Origin: a virus
Taxonomy: Duplodnaviria; Caudoviricetes
Reading direction: 5' to 3' (one strand)
DNA: 64,000 nt
Virus record (IMG/VR): IMGVR_UViG_3300027754_000037
The notes under the pieces are model-generated. The model searched no databases. It was not told the DNA's origin and saw only the letters and a list, made by a program, of their open reading frames with translations. Below are positions 37,688-45,720 of this stretch, one piece after another. A program made the position numbers and the translations under genes. The stretch's first letter is position 1; each line of letters begins with the position of its first letter.

Positions 37688-37731
37688 TCCCGGTGCGGGG
37701 ACAATAGCAATCCAAGGTCGCACCACCTTGG
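37688..37731 (+). ncRNA. Two-hairpin kissing-loop element, copy 2
   Basis: TCCC[GGTGCG]GGGA and CCAAGGT[CGCACC]ACCTTGG; loops complementary. Confidence 0.5.
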
Positions 37732-37746
37732 TAGTATGGAGACTAT

Positions 37747-37965
37747 ATGAGCAATCGAGTTGGACGACCCGACAAATTTGCACCAAAGCAAGTGAAACAA
37801 TTGAAGCAGATCGTGTCAATATATGGTCTGCGCAAGGGCCGACAAGTTCTTAATCGACTTGGAATCCAAGTCAGCTTGCCGACTTTGAGCAAATACATCG
37901 GCAGCACTAGCTGTGGGAAACCTCTGGTTCTTAAGCGTGGTCGCCCAGTTAAAGTGGAGGCTTAA
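37747..37965 (+). CDS. Small basic, possibly HTH DNA-binding protein
   Basis: GRP..F and KRGRP motifs; VSLPTLSKY helix. Confidence 0.5.
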   Translation: MSNRVGRPDKFAPKQVKQLKQIVSIYGLRKGRQVLNRLGIQVSLPTLSKYIGSTSCGKPLVLKRGRPVKVEA

Positions 37966-37966
37966 T

Positions 37967-38257
37967 ATGATCGAAGGAACTATAAACTATCCGCCCTACA
38001 CTATTGCTTGGGCCAACACACAAGGGCGTATATTTCGCTCCTTTCCATTCCAAACTCCAGAAATGGCATTGGCTTGGGCAAAGGAAAAAGCAACAACCCA
38101 CCTCAATATCCACAACCAACCGGTTTATATGATCACCCCTGATCACCAGTTCAAACCTGTCACCGCCCAACAGTTGGGGATTCCAAAACCAAGCAACGAA
38201 CACGAGGACGATTGGAATGACGAAGATGAGGATGAGATGATGGAAACTGATATATAA
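37967..38257 (+). CDS. Hypothetical protein with acidic tail
   Basis: SD GGAGG. Confidence 0.5.
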   Translation: MIEGTINYPPYTIAWANTQGRIFRSFPFQTPEMALAWAKEKATTHLNIHNQPVYMITPDHQFKPVTAQQLGIPKPSNEHEDDWNDEDEDEMMETDI

Positions 38258-38360
38258 CTCTACCATCGAAAGGATTCGATATGGCCATATTTTCAGTCAC
38301 ATTCGGCATTGTCGTCATGATTGCAATCGTGGTCAATAACGCTTGCATGAAGGACGAAAT

Positions 38361-38585
38361 ATGAAACCACTCCTCGCTGCACTCTGTCTAGCCATGACAG
38401 GGTGCAGATGCTGCCAACACCACGAAAAACCCAAATACAAGCACAAGCTTGTTTCGGGACTTGAATCGGGCACCAAACTGTACCCCGAAGGGTTTGGGCC
38501 AAACCAATACACCAAAAACCACGCACCAAGCCCTTTTGAGTGCTTGGATATTAAAGGCAAACTAGAGTACATCATTGAGTGGTAG
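38361..38585 (+). CDS. Hypothetical lipoprotein-like protein
   Basis: MKPLLAALCLAMTGC resembles a lipobox. Confidence 0.4.
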   Translation: MKPLLAALCLAMTGCRCCQHHEKPKYKHKLVSGLESGTKLYPEGFGPNQYTKNHAPSPFECLDIKGKLEYIIEW

Positions 38586-38586
38586 A

Positions 38587-38633
38587 TAGTATTCTACCCT
38601 GTAGAGTATTCTACCCTGTAGAGTATTCTACAG
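38587..38633. repeat. About 2.7 x 17-bp GTATTCTACCCTGTAGA tandem repeat
   Basis: Read directly; contains the reverse complement of the 15.4-kb array core. Confidence 0.85.
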
Positions 38634-38674
38634 CAAACCATATCTCCACTACACATCCCAACAAGGAGCCTCAA

Positions 38675-39082
38675 ATGCTCAATATTCGCTCATATATTGA
38701 TCCAGAAGTCCAAATGAGGGTGCTGCAATGTGAAGACAAATTCATCGCAGAAACGGCCCTAGCGCAGCAAACTCTGACAGGCTATCAAACCATCAATAGT
38801 GAGCCCCAAGACACGGCAGAACTGGCAAAAATCTACCTGAAAGCCAAGCTGGTGGCCCTCAAGGAGCGTGAGGAGAAGTTCATCGAAAATCCAGCCGAAC
38901 TTATGGAACACTTGTGCTTCAGCCACGACTGGACTTTCAAATTCAGCGATGGCCATTCCCAATGGGAGGCTGGCGACCGCACTCGCAAATTTATGGAAAT
39001 GATCGTAAGGGAAATCGGACAACCTGCCCGTGAAATCTGGAAAAAATACGCACCTAGTGAAATCTTCCGGTGCCACATCTAA
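38675..39082 (+). CDS. Hypothetical protein
   Basis: SD AAGGAG; HDWTFKFSD motif. Confidence 0.55.
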   Translation: MLNIRSYIDPEVQMRVLQCEDKFIAETALAQQTLTGYQTINSEPQDTAELAKIYLKAKLVALKEREEKFIENPAELMEHLCFSHDWTFKFSDGHSQWEAGDRTRKFMEMIVREIGQPAREIWKKYAPSEIFRCHI

Positions 39083-39346
39083 CACCATTTAACACTACAG
39101 GAACAATCACATGAGCATTCCCGTAGGTCAAGATGTTCACAACCAAAACCCATCACAGGAAAGGTGGTTGGACCCGTCCACTAAAATCGTCAAAGACTCT
39201 GAAATTGACTGGAGTTTAGTCGAATGTTGCGGTTAGATAACTGCAAGCTTCAGAAAAATTCCAGAAAATAATTAAATCAATTGTATTTTTGACACGAAAC
39301 TTCCTGTACCGCTTTGTACAGTTCAACTCAACAAGGAGCATAAATC

Positions 39347-39682
39347 ATGGGACTGGACAGCATATGGATTGGCGAAAACAACGAGCGGGCTTTTGTGAAC
39401 GCCGAACTCAACCTCTGCGGAGGCATGTTTTCAGACAGCGGCAACTCAAGCTTCAGAGGCAAGGTATACGACCTCCTTGTTTCAACAGCAACAGGGCAAA
39501 CCCTCTACTCAGAGGATATACCCAACAATCTAGTTGTGCAGATGGCCGAAAAACTGGAAAACTGCACAATTTCCTCTGCACAGGTCATTGATCCTAACAT
39601 CGTGGCACAAGAGCTTGAAGACCTCAAGCTTATGTTCAAGCTCCATGCCGAGGCCGGTCACAAGCTGGTCGGCTGGTGGTAA
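39347..39682 (+). CDS. Conserved phage hypothetical protein
   Basis: MGLD start; C-terminal LVGWW; after promoter copy 16. Confidence 0.6.
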   Translation: MGLDSIWIGENNERAFVNAELNLCGGMFSDSGNSSFRGKVYDLLVSTATGQTLYSEDIPNNLVVQMAEKLENCTISSAQVIDPNIVAQELEDLKLMFKLHAEAGHKLVGWW

Positions 39683-39818
39683 GGGGCTTGCTTGCCATTA
39701 GACAACTGCAAACCTCAGAGAAATTCTAGAAAATAATTGAATTTAATTGAAATTAATTGTATTTTTGAAACGGAACTTCCGTATCACTTTGTAGAGAGTT
39801 AAACAAAAGGAGATTCAA

Positions 39819-40160
39819 ATGACCCAGATCAAGAACCTGACACCTCACGCAATTGTTTTGGTTCAAGGGGAAACCCAAGTTACCATCCAGCCGAGTGGGA
39901 CCGTTGCCCGTGTATCTACGGTTGCGGGGAGCAAGCTTGAAAGTTCCCTGCCTGTAGAATTGTGGTCAGCCAGCACTTTGGGGGAGGTTGTGGACCTGCC
40001 TTCTCCCGAAGAAGGTGTGATTTTGCTGGTGTCCAGCCTTGTGGCTGGTGCAGCGAAGAGGGAGGATGTTTACAGTCCCGGCACCGGCCCCAACGATGGG
40101 GCTGTGCGGAACGAAAAAGGCCATGTTGTGGGTGTCACCCGCCTCGTGCGAAGCACTTAA
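39819..40160 (+). CDS. NLTPH-motif hypothetical protein, paralog 1
   Basis: IKNLTPH..PSG.VARV..LVSSLV..SPG..VVGV. Confidence 0.65.
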   Translation: MTQIKNLTPHAIVLVQGETQVTIQPSGTVARVSTVAGSKLESSLPVELWSASTLGEVVDLPSPEEGVILLVSSLVAGAAKREDVYSPGTGPNDGAVRNEKGHVVGVTRLVRST

Positions 40161-40366
40161 TTAAGGGGGCGACTCATGGTCAAAGAAATCGCCACGCTGG
40201 TCCTGATGCTCTTCACGGGCACAGGACCAAGTCCTAGTCTACATTACCCAAGCGAATCTGGGTCAATCGCTAGTCTCTAATTACAGCCAGAGAGGGCCAC
40301 AGCCTTCTCTGGCTTTTTTTGCAATTTTTAGGACACTTTACCCACCCCAAACAAAAGGAGATTCAA

Positions 40367-41038
40367 ATGAACCAGATCAAGAACCTGACACCTCATGCGA
40401 TAACTTTGGTGCAAGGAGACACCCAAGTCACCATCCCGCCAAGCGGGACCGTGGCCCGTGTATCTACTTTTCCCGGCAGCTTGCTCGAAAGCTCCCTGCC
40501 TGTCGAAGTGTGGTCCCCTATCACTTTTGGGGAAGTGGTGGATCTGCCTCCCCCCGAAGAAGGGGTAATTTTACTGGTGTCCCACCTTGTGGCTAGTGCA
40601 GCCAAGAGGGCGGATGTTTACAGTCCCGCTTTAGCGTTTGCCCACTCCCGCCCCAACGATGGGACTGTGCGGGGGGAAAAAGGAGAGGTCGTGGGTGTCA
40701 CCCGCCTCGTGCGAAGTAGCCAACAGCAACAACCCAAGGAGAATGGAATGAATAAGCTAGAAAACAGAGTGTTTAAGTATTCCCTCATCCAAAGAGGAAT
40801 TAGTCTCCCACTAACCTCAAGTGAGTGGGAGAATTTGAGGAGAAGCTATGAAAGTGAACACCCGTATAGGGTTGATACGAGTTCCAGAACTTGGGGCTCC
40901 GGGGATTATGAGGAGACAACCCTTATTAGTAACATTTTCATTGATACTATTGATGGGGTTGAGTTAATTGCGACTCTCAGGTGTTTTTCAAAGGAAAAAA
41001 TAGAGGATAGGATAAATAGGCAAGAGGCAGGATTTTAA
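40367..41038 (+). CDS. NLTPH-motif paralog 2 fused in frame to an unrelated ~96-aa domain
   Basis: Near-copy of 39819; internal SD AAGGAG and ATG at 40748. Confidence 0.6.
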   Translation: MNQIKNLTPHAITLVQGDTQVTIPPSGTVARVSTFPGSLLESSLPVEVWSPITFGEVVDLPPPEEGVILLVSHLVASAAKRADVYSPALAFAHSRPNDGTVRGEKGEVVGVTRLVRSSQQQQPKENGMNKLENRVFKYSLIQRGISLPLTSSEWENLRRSYESEHPYRVDTSSRTWGSGDYEETTLISNIFIDTIDGVELIATLRCFSKEKIEDRINRQEAGF

Positions 41039-41149
41039 TTACCAAAATATTCCTGAATTAATTGTATTTTTGAAACGAAACTTCCGTATCACTATGAAGG
41101 GAGCCACTAGAGAGCAACCTTCAGGGATACCAAAGGAACAACAAAGAAA

Positions 41150-41368
41150 ATGAAAATGTTAGAAAAAACTGTGTCAGATACTGTGTCAGATACTGCTTAT
41201 TGGGCAGTATCTGAGTATCGAGGATACAAGAGCGTTCAAGAAATTGCTGAGATTGCAGAGTCCTGTGTGGGCGATGAGGTCTACGGCAAAACCTTTTCAG
41301 AGGAAGAGGCAAAAAAAGCCGGGGATATGGCTTTTGAACTTGTGTTTGAAATACACCCAGATTGGTAA
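41150..41368 (+). CDS. Hypothetical protein
   Basis: After promoter copy 18; 12-bp duplication giving TVSDTVSD. Confidence 0.5.
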   Translation: MKMLEKTVSDTVSDTAYWAVSEYRGYKSVQEIAEIAESCVGDEVYGKTFSEEEAKKAGDMAFELVFEIHPDW

Positions 41369-41575
41369 GTTGTTTTGTGTCCTCAGCTAGAGACTGACAG
41401 AGGAATAAACTCCTCTGTCAGTCTTTTTTTTTGCATTCTTTAGGCTAATTGTACCTACAGGATAAATGTCAAATAAATTACTGAATTTAATTGTATTTTT
41501 CAAACGAAAGTTCCGTATCACTATAGAAGGAAGCCACTAGAGAGCAACCTTCAGGGATACCTTGGAGATTCAGAA

Positions 41576-41995
41576 ATGACCACCGCTACCCTTGAGATGA
41601 TTCAAGACGGCCTGAGTGGGCAAAAGGTCAGCGGGTATCACTACGAGCCGGTCCAGCCCGCAAATTGGGCTGACCTGCCCCAAGAGGAATACGGGTACGA
41701 GGCAACGGCGATGTACGAGTTCCCAATCGCCGTGGGCTTCCACGATGATGGGTACGACCGCTGGACCGACGACGATGGCACCTCTCACGCCAGTTGGGAT
41801 GACTTCCCCTCTGATGTCCTCACGGGGCTGTACAAAAGCCGCAAGGAAGCTGAGGAGGACTTGGCGTGGGACATCCACAACACAGGCGCAAAAAACCTGT
41901 GGCTCATCGAGGGGTATCGCATGAGCGGGTGGCAACTGCGTACCTATGGTGCGCCACCAAACTGGCGCAGCGTCCCACACCGCTTGGTGAAGTGA
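41576..41995 (+). CDS. Hypothetical acidic protein
   Basis: SD GGAG after promoter copy 19. Confidence 0.55.
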   Translation: MTTATLEMIQDGLSGQKVSGYHYEPVQPANWADLPQEEYGYEATAMYEFPIAVGFHDDGYDRWTDDDGTSHASWDDFPSDVLTGLYKSRKEAEEDLAWDIHNTGAKNLWLIEGYRMSGWQLRTYGAPPNWRSVPHRLVK

Positions 41996-42205
41996 TCCAA
42001 AGGGGGCTTCGGCCCCCTCTTTTTTTTGGCAATTTTTTGGGATGTAGGTACAATTTGTCTAAAACTTCTTTAGATAACTTGTAACTACAGGATAAATGTC
42101 AAAAATATTCCTGAATTAATTGTATTTTTGAAACGGAACTTCCGTATCACTATGAAGGGAGCCAACAGAGTGCAACCTTCAAACGGCTAAAAGGAAACAA
42201 CAACG

Positions 42206-42412
42206 ATGGCTAGTCAGAACAACCGTTTCGGTATCGGTGGCGTGATTAAGTGTCTGGCGTGTGGGAAGAAGACACGGCAGACCGGCGACAACGATGGCAC
42301 GGAGTTGTGCCATCGCTGCTTCCACGAGTGCCTCATGGAGAACGCACACGGCGATGGACACCATGAAGGTGCCTCGCATCCGAAGTGCCACATCTGCAAG
42401 GCTGTGGCGTGA
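42206..42412 (+). CDS. Small Cys/His-rich zinc-finger protein
   Basis: CLACG, CHRC, CHIC; after promoter copy 20. Confidence 0.6.
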   Translation: MASQNNRFGIGGVIKCLACGKKTRQTGDNDGTELCHRCFHECLMENAHGDGHHEGASHPKCHICKAVA

Positions 42413-42600
42413 TTAAAGAGGAATGCCAGATGGCATTCCTCTTTTTTTGTATTTTTTTTGTACTCTTTAGGCTAATTGTACCTACAGGATAAATGTCAAA
42501 AATATTCCTGAATTAATTGTATTTTTGAAACGGAACTTCCGTATAACTATGAAGGGAGCCAACAGAGAGCAACCTTCAGGTCACTCGCAGGAGCAACCAC

Positions 42601-42807
42601 ATGACCCACAACAACATTCCCGGCCTCGCTGAGTTCCGGGCAGGGGTGTCCGCTGCAATGCGGGCAAGCGAGAGCGGCTTGCAACTGCAAGCGGCAATCG
42701 CCCGCAAGGGTAACGACCTTGCGGCTCTGGAGAAATACCTCGCAACCGCCAACCAGAAAGGTTGGGTAAAGGCGGCAGCGTTCATCGAAAGAATCATGAT
42801 GGCATGA
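42601..42807 (+). CDS. Hypothetical protein
   Basis: SD AGGAG after promoter copy 21. Confidence 0.55.
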   Translation: MTHNNIPGLAEFRAGVSAAMRASESGLQLQAAIARKGNDLAALEKYLATANQKGWVKAAAFIERIMMA

Positions 42808-42851
42808 ACAATCGGGGCTTCAGAAGCGAAGAAGAATAAAGGAGACAACCC

Positions 42852-43172
42852 ATGTATACTTTCAAGAAGGCCCAAGAGTTTCTCGGCAAGCGTCAGCAAA
42901 AGAAGCTGGCGCACAACACCACCATCCGTATCGAAGACGGTCTGATCAAGATCAAGTACCACGCCACCGACATCGTCACCATCACGCATGACGATGTCTA
43001 CACCCTGAACAATGGTGGTTGGTCAACCCCAACCACCAAGACCCGCATAAACAAGTTCAGCCCTGCCCGAATCTACCAGCAGGACTTCTGCTGGTACATC
43101 AAGGCGGGCGACAAGTCCCTGCCTTTCAACAACGGCTCTAAAGTAGATGTCAATGGTATCATACTACCTTGA
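42852..43172 (+). CDS. Conserved phage hypothetical protein
   Basis: YHATDIV..LNNGGW.T.TTK.RIN motif; SD AAGGAG. Confidence 0.65.
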   Translation: MYTFKKAQEFLGKRQQKKLAHNTTIRIEDGLIKIKYHATDIVTITHDDVYTLNNGGWSTPTTKTRINKFSPARIYQQDFCWYIKAGDKSLPFNNGSKVDVNGIILP

Positions 43173-43598
43173 CCCGCACCTACTGAGATTCTCCCAGCCC
43201 GCCACCCAGAAAGTGGCGGGCCTTTTTTTGTTTCATAAACAATACAGATAAAAGTAGTTTACTATTATTGTTTGTCTGGAAAATATATAAGATAAAAATA
43301 GTTTAAATATATTTTTACAAAAAAAATAATTAAACAATTAATAATGAAAAAGTTTTAGACTATGGGATACCCCCCTACCCCCCTACCCGCTATGACTGTC
43401 TTCCTTTTGATTCACTCCTTAGCCCTTTTTTGGCCACGGGGATTGTTGCAAATTTTCGTCCCCAACAATTTATGAATTATCCCATATGGGCTGGAAAGTC
43501 AATCGGGGTGGCATCCTAAAAAAATGCGCCGGGAGGTTTTTTGATTTTGGAGGGAGGGTTTTTGGGTGGTTTGGGAGGCGAAAAGAAGATTGTTTGTT

Positions 43599-43833
43599 CC
43601 TAGAGCAATAGGGGAAGCTCCTGAAGCAATAGGGGAAGCTCCTAGAGCAATAGGGGAAGCTCCTGAAGCAATAGGGGAAGCTCCTGAAGCAATAGGGGAA
43701 GCTCCTGAAGCAATGGGGGAAGCTCCTGAAGCAATGGGGGAAGCTCCTGAAGCAATGGGGGGAAGCTCCTGAAGCAATGGGGGGAAGCTCCTGAAGCAAT
43801 AGGGGAAGCTCCTGAATCAATGGGGGAAGCTCA
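43599..43833. repeat. About 11 x 21(22)-bp tandem array GCAAT(A/G)GGGGAAGCTCCT(GAA/AGA)
   Basis: Read directly; no spacers. Confidence 0.9.
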
Positions 43834-44700
43834 TCACTTTGGCAGGAAGACTCTTTTCATATGATCTAAATCTGTTTCAAAAGGGTTTTTGCTTGATCCC
43901 GGTATGTCCTTGATAACCTTTTCGAGACCTCCCTTGGAATCGACATTACGGAAGAACTCCAAATCCTTATCTGCTCTGCTTGTGCTTGGATAAACCGATC
44001 TGGCATCTATATTTCCAAATTGGTCCTTGGAGCTCCTGTTATAAGTTGGATCGTATCCAGAAGTTGTTGGCCTTAGAGCATCAAATGCTTGTCCTATCAA
44101 ATCATTAGCTTTTTCGCTGGAATCCATTAAGAATTTACCTGCTTTTTTGATTGGATCTGTCAATCCAAAAAGTTCTAAAGCTTTCTTTACCAGCCATATA
44201 GCTGCATCTGCTGAAGATTTGACAACTGCTTGGAAAGCTGGCCAAAGGTATTCGGTGCCTATCCATTTGAATAATGTTCCTATCTTGTCAGCAAGTGGTG
44301 CCAAGAAAGGGAAAAGAGACCTGATTGCGTCAAAGCGGAAACCAAGGTATATGATGGCAGCAACGAATGTGATCAATCCCACTTTCTTGATGATACTCCA
44401 GATCATGGAGAGTGGTCCGCTGGGTTTCTCGATTTTAGCCTCGTCTTCCTTTGTAATTTTGGCGTTTTTGGCTTGAGGAGACTTGGAGAGCATCTTCATG
44501 GCCAAACTTGGCAGGAAGAAGAATTCGTTTAATTTCTGGCATTCAATATCAACTATCATTCTTTCCTGAATGCTCATGCTGTTGTAGAGGTTATTGAGAA
44601 CTTTTTCCTCCAAGTCTTTGGATTCTTGGATGGACAATCCAGATTTTTTCAGGATGGACCTTTCTATTTCTTTGCAGCGATATTGATCAAGATTTAGCAT
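43834..44700 (-). CDS. Hypothetical protein with central hydrophobic/amphipathic segment
   Basis: Likely start MLNLDQY with SD AAGGA. Confidence 0.55.
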   Translation of the reverse strand: MLNLDQYRCKEIERSILKKSGLSIQESKDLEEKVLNNLYNSMSIQERMIVDIECQKLNEFFFLPSLAMKMLSKSPQAKNAKITKEDEAKIEKPSGPLSMIWSIIKKVGLITFVAAIIYLGFRFDAIRSLFPFLAPLADKIGTLFKWIGTEYLWPAFQAVVKSSADAAIWLVKKALELFGLTDPIKKAGKFLMDSSEKANDLIGQAFDALRPTTSGYDPTYNRSSKDQFGNIDARSVYPSTSRADKDLEFFRNVDSKGGLEKVIKDIPGSSKNPFETDLDHMKRVFLPK

Positions 44701-44779
44701 GGTTATATCCTTTTCTTTATATATCGGATGGAAATAAAAAAGGTTGCAATTTAAATTAATTGTTGTTAAAAAGTGAATT

Positions 44780-45184
44780 ATGCAAGAGCCTCTTACTTTA
44801 CATGAAGAAATTGTCAAGAAGTTGCGCAATCGTTCAGAGATTGCTTTCAAGGATTATTTCTGTGGTATGGTTAGGAATAGTGGTACAGAGTGCATCGATG
44901 GATATTTGATTTATTTCCCTGTTGGTGACAGATTTCTTTGCAAAGACGATGTGGACAATGTTCCGGGTAGTGGGGCTAGTGGTTTTGTGGGAGGTCACGC
45001 CGAAGAGTTTACGGTATTTCATGACTGTAGTGATGTGGCTATTGCTTACAAGAGGTGTCGAGAATCTTATAATAGAGCGGGCATGATCCATCCTAGGGGT
45101 TACTGTTGCAGAGTGGACTGGCATATCAACAAGGGTTTCAAGATATTAAATTTCAGCGCATTTGGGGTGGATAATGGGATGTGA
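44780..45184 (+). CDS. Hypothetical protein
   Basis: 134-aa ORF. Confidence 0.5.
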   Translation: MQEPLTLHEEIVKKLRNRSEIAFKDYFCGMVRNSGTECIDGYLIYFPVGDRFLCKDDVDNVPGSGASGFVGGHAEEFTVFHDCSDVAIAYKRCRESYNRAGMIHPRGYCCRVDWHINKGFKILNFSAFGVDNGM

Positions 45185-45255
45185 CATTAATGGATTGGAT
45201 TTCAGCGCATTTGTGGTGGAAAAAGGATTGGATTTCAGCGCATTTGGGGTGGAAA

Positions 45256-45720
45256 ATGGGATGTGACATTAATATTCATCTGGAATATGTGGACAGCAGG
45301 GGTTCCTTAGAATATTTTGCAGAGATCAATCTTTTAAGGAACTATGATATGTTTGGGATTATGGCTGGTGTGCGTGGTGGAGATTCCCTTTATGATCCCA
45401 AGGGATTGCCTTCTGATCCATCTCACAGGGTGATTGAGTGCTGTACCTATTATGTTGCGGTAAATCCTCTTGATGCATCTCCAGAATCATCTGAGACAGA
45501 AATGCTTGCCACGGCCCGTTATTTTGGGAGTGGAAGATTGTACAATCCAGACCTTCATAACTTTTCTTGGCTTAGTCTTAAAGAATACAAGAATGTGCTC
45601 AAGGCATATTCCAAGAAGTATGGCAAGCCCAATGTTACTTGGGAATCTATTCTCATATCCATGAAGTTTTTTAAGAAGAGAGGATTCAAGCCTCGTCTGG
45701 TTTTCTGGTTTGAAGGCTAG
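45256..45720 (+). CDS. Conserved phage hypothetical protein
   Basis: MGCDI..RNYDMFG.MAGVR..KGLP.D.S..H..SWL..RLVFWF motifs. Confidence 0.65.
   Translation: MGCDINIHLEYVDSRGSLEYFAEINLLRNYDMFGIMAGVRGGDSLYDPKGLPSDPSHRVIECCTYYVAVNPLDASPESSETEMLATARYFGSGRLYNPDLHNFSWLSLKEYKNVLKAYSKKYGKPNVTWESILISMKFFKKRGFKPRLVFWFEG

Larger units (their letters stand above)
16672..42551 (+). promoter_or_regulatory. Dispersed ~37-bp promoter-like element, 21 copies, consensus AATTGTATTTTTGAAAC(G/A)(G/A)AACTTCC(T)GTAnnnCT(T/A)TG
   Basis: Copies start at about 16672, 17907, 18305, 18653, 19255, 21807, 22648, 23888, 24893, 28287, 29495, 31194, 32516, 35087, 36162, 39279, 39755, 41060, 41489, 42118, 42515; all + strand, each shortly upstream of an SD/ATG. 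Confidence 0.85.

Noticed and set aside
40245-40278. Third pseudoknot (CCCA-AGCGAATC-TGGG with downstream TCGCT)
   Set aside because: Only 4-5-bp helices and it lacks the TCCC/GGGA plus CCAAG architecture of the two kissing-loop copies; plausible by chance
16672-42551. CRISPR array or mini-arrays from the ~37-bp repeats
   Set aside because: Copies are separated by hundreds to thousands of bp of intact genes rather than 30-40-bp spacers; no cas gene seen
43566-43833. EAPEAIG / ASGASP / FRSFP repeat ORFs, or a CRISPR array
   Set aside because: All frames are by-products of a spacerless 21-bp array; 22-bp units shift the frame; no SD
15355-43833. Integrated element or prophage bounded by att sites
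   Set aside because: No integrase or recombinase other than RuvB, and the two boundary arrays are unrelated in sequence; no flanking direct repeat found by eye
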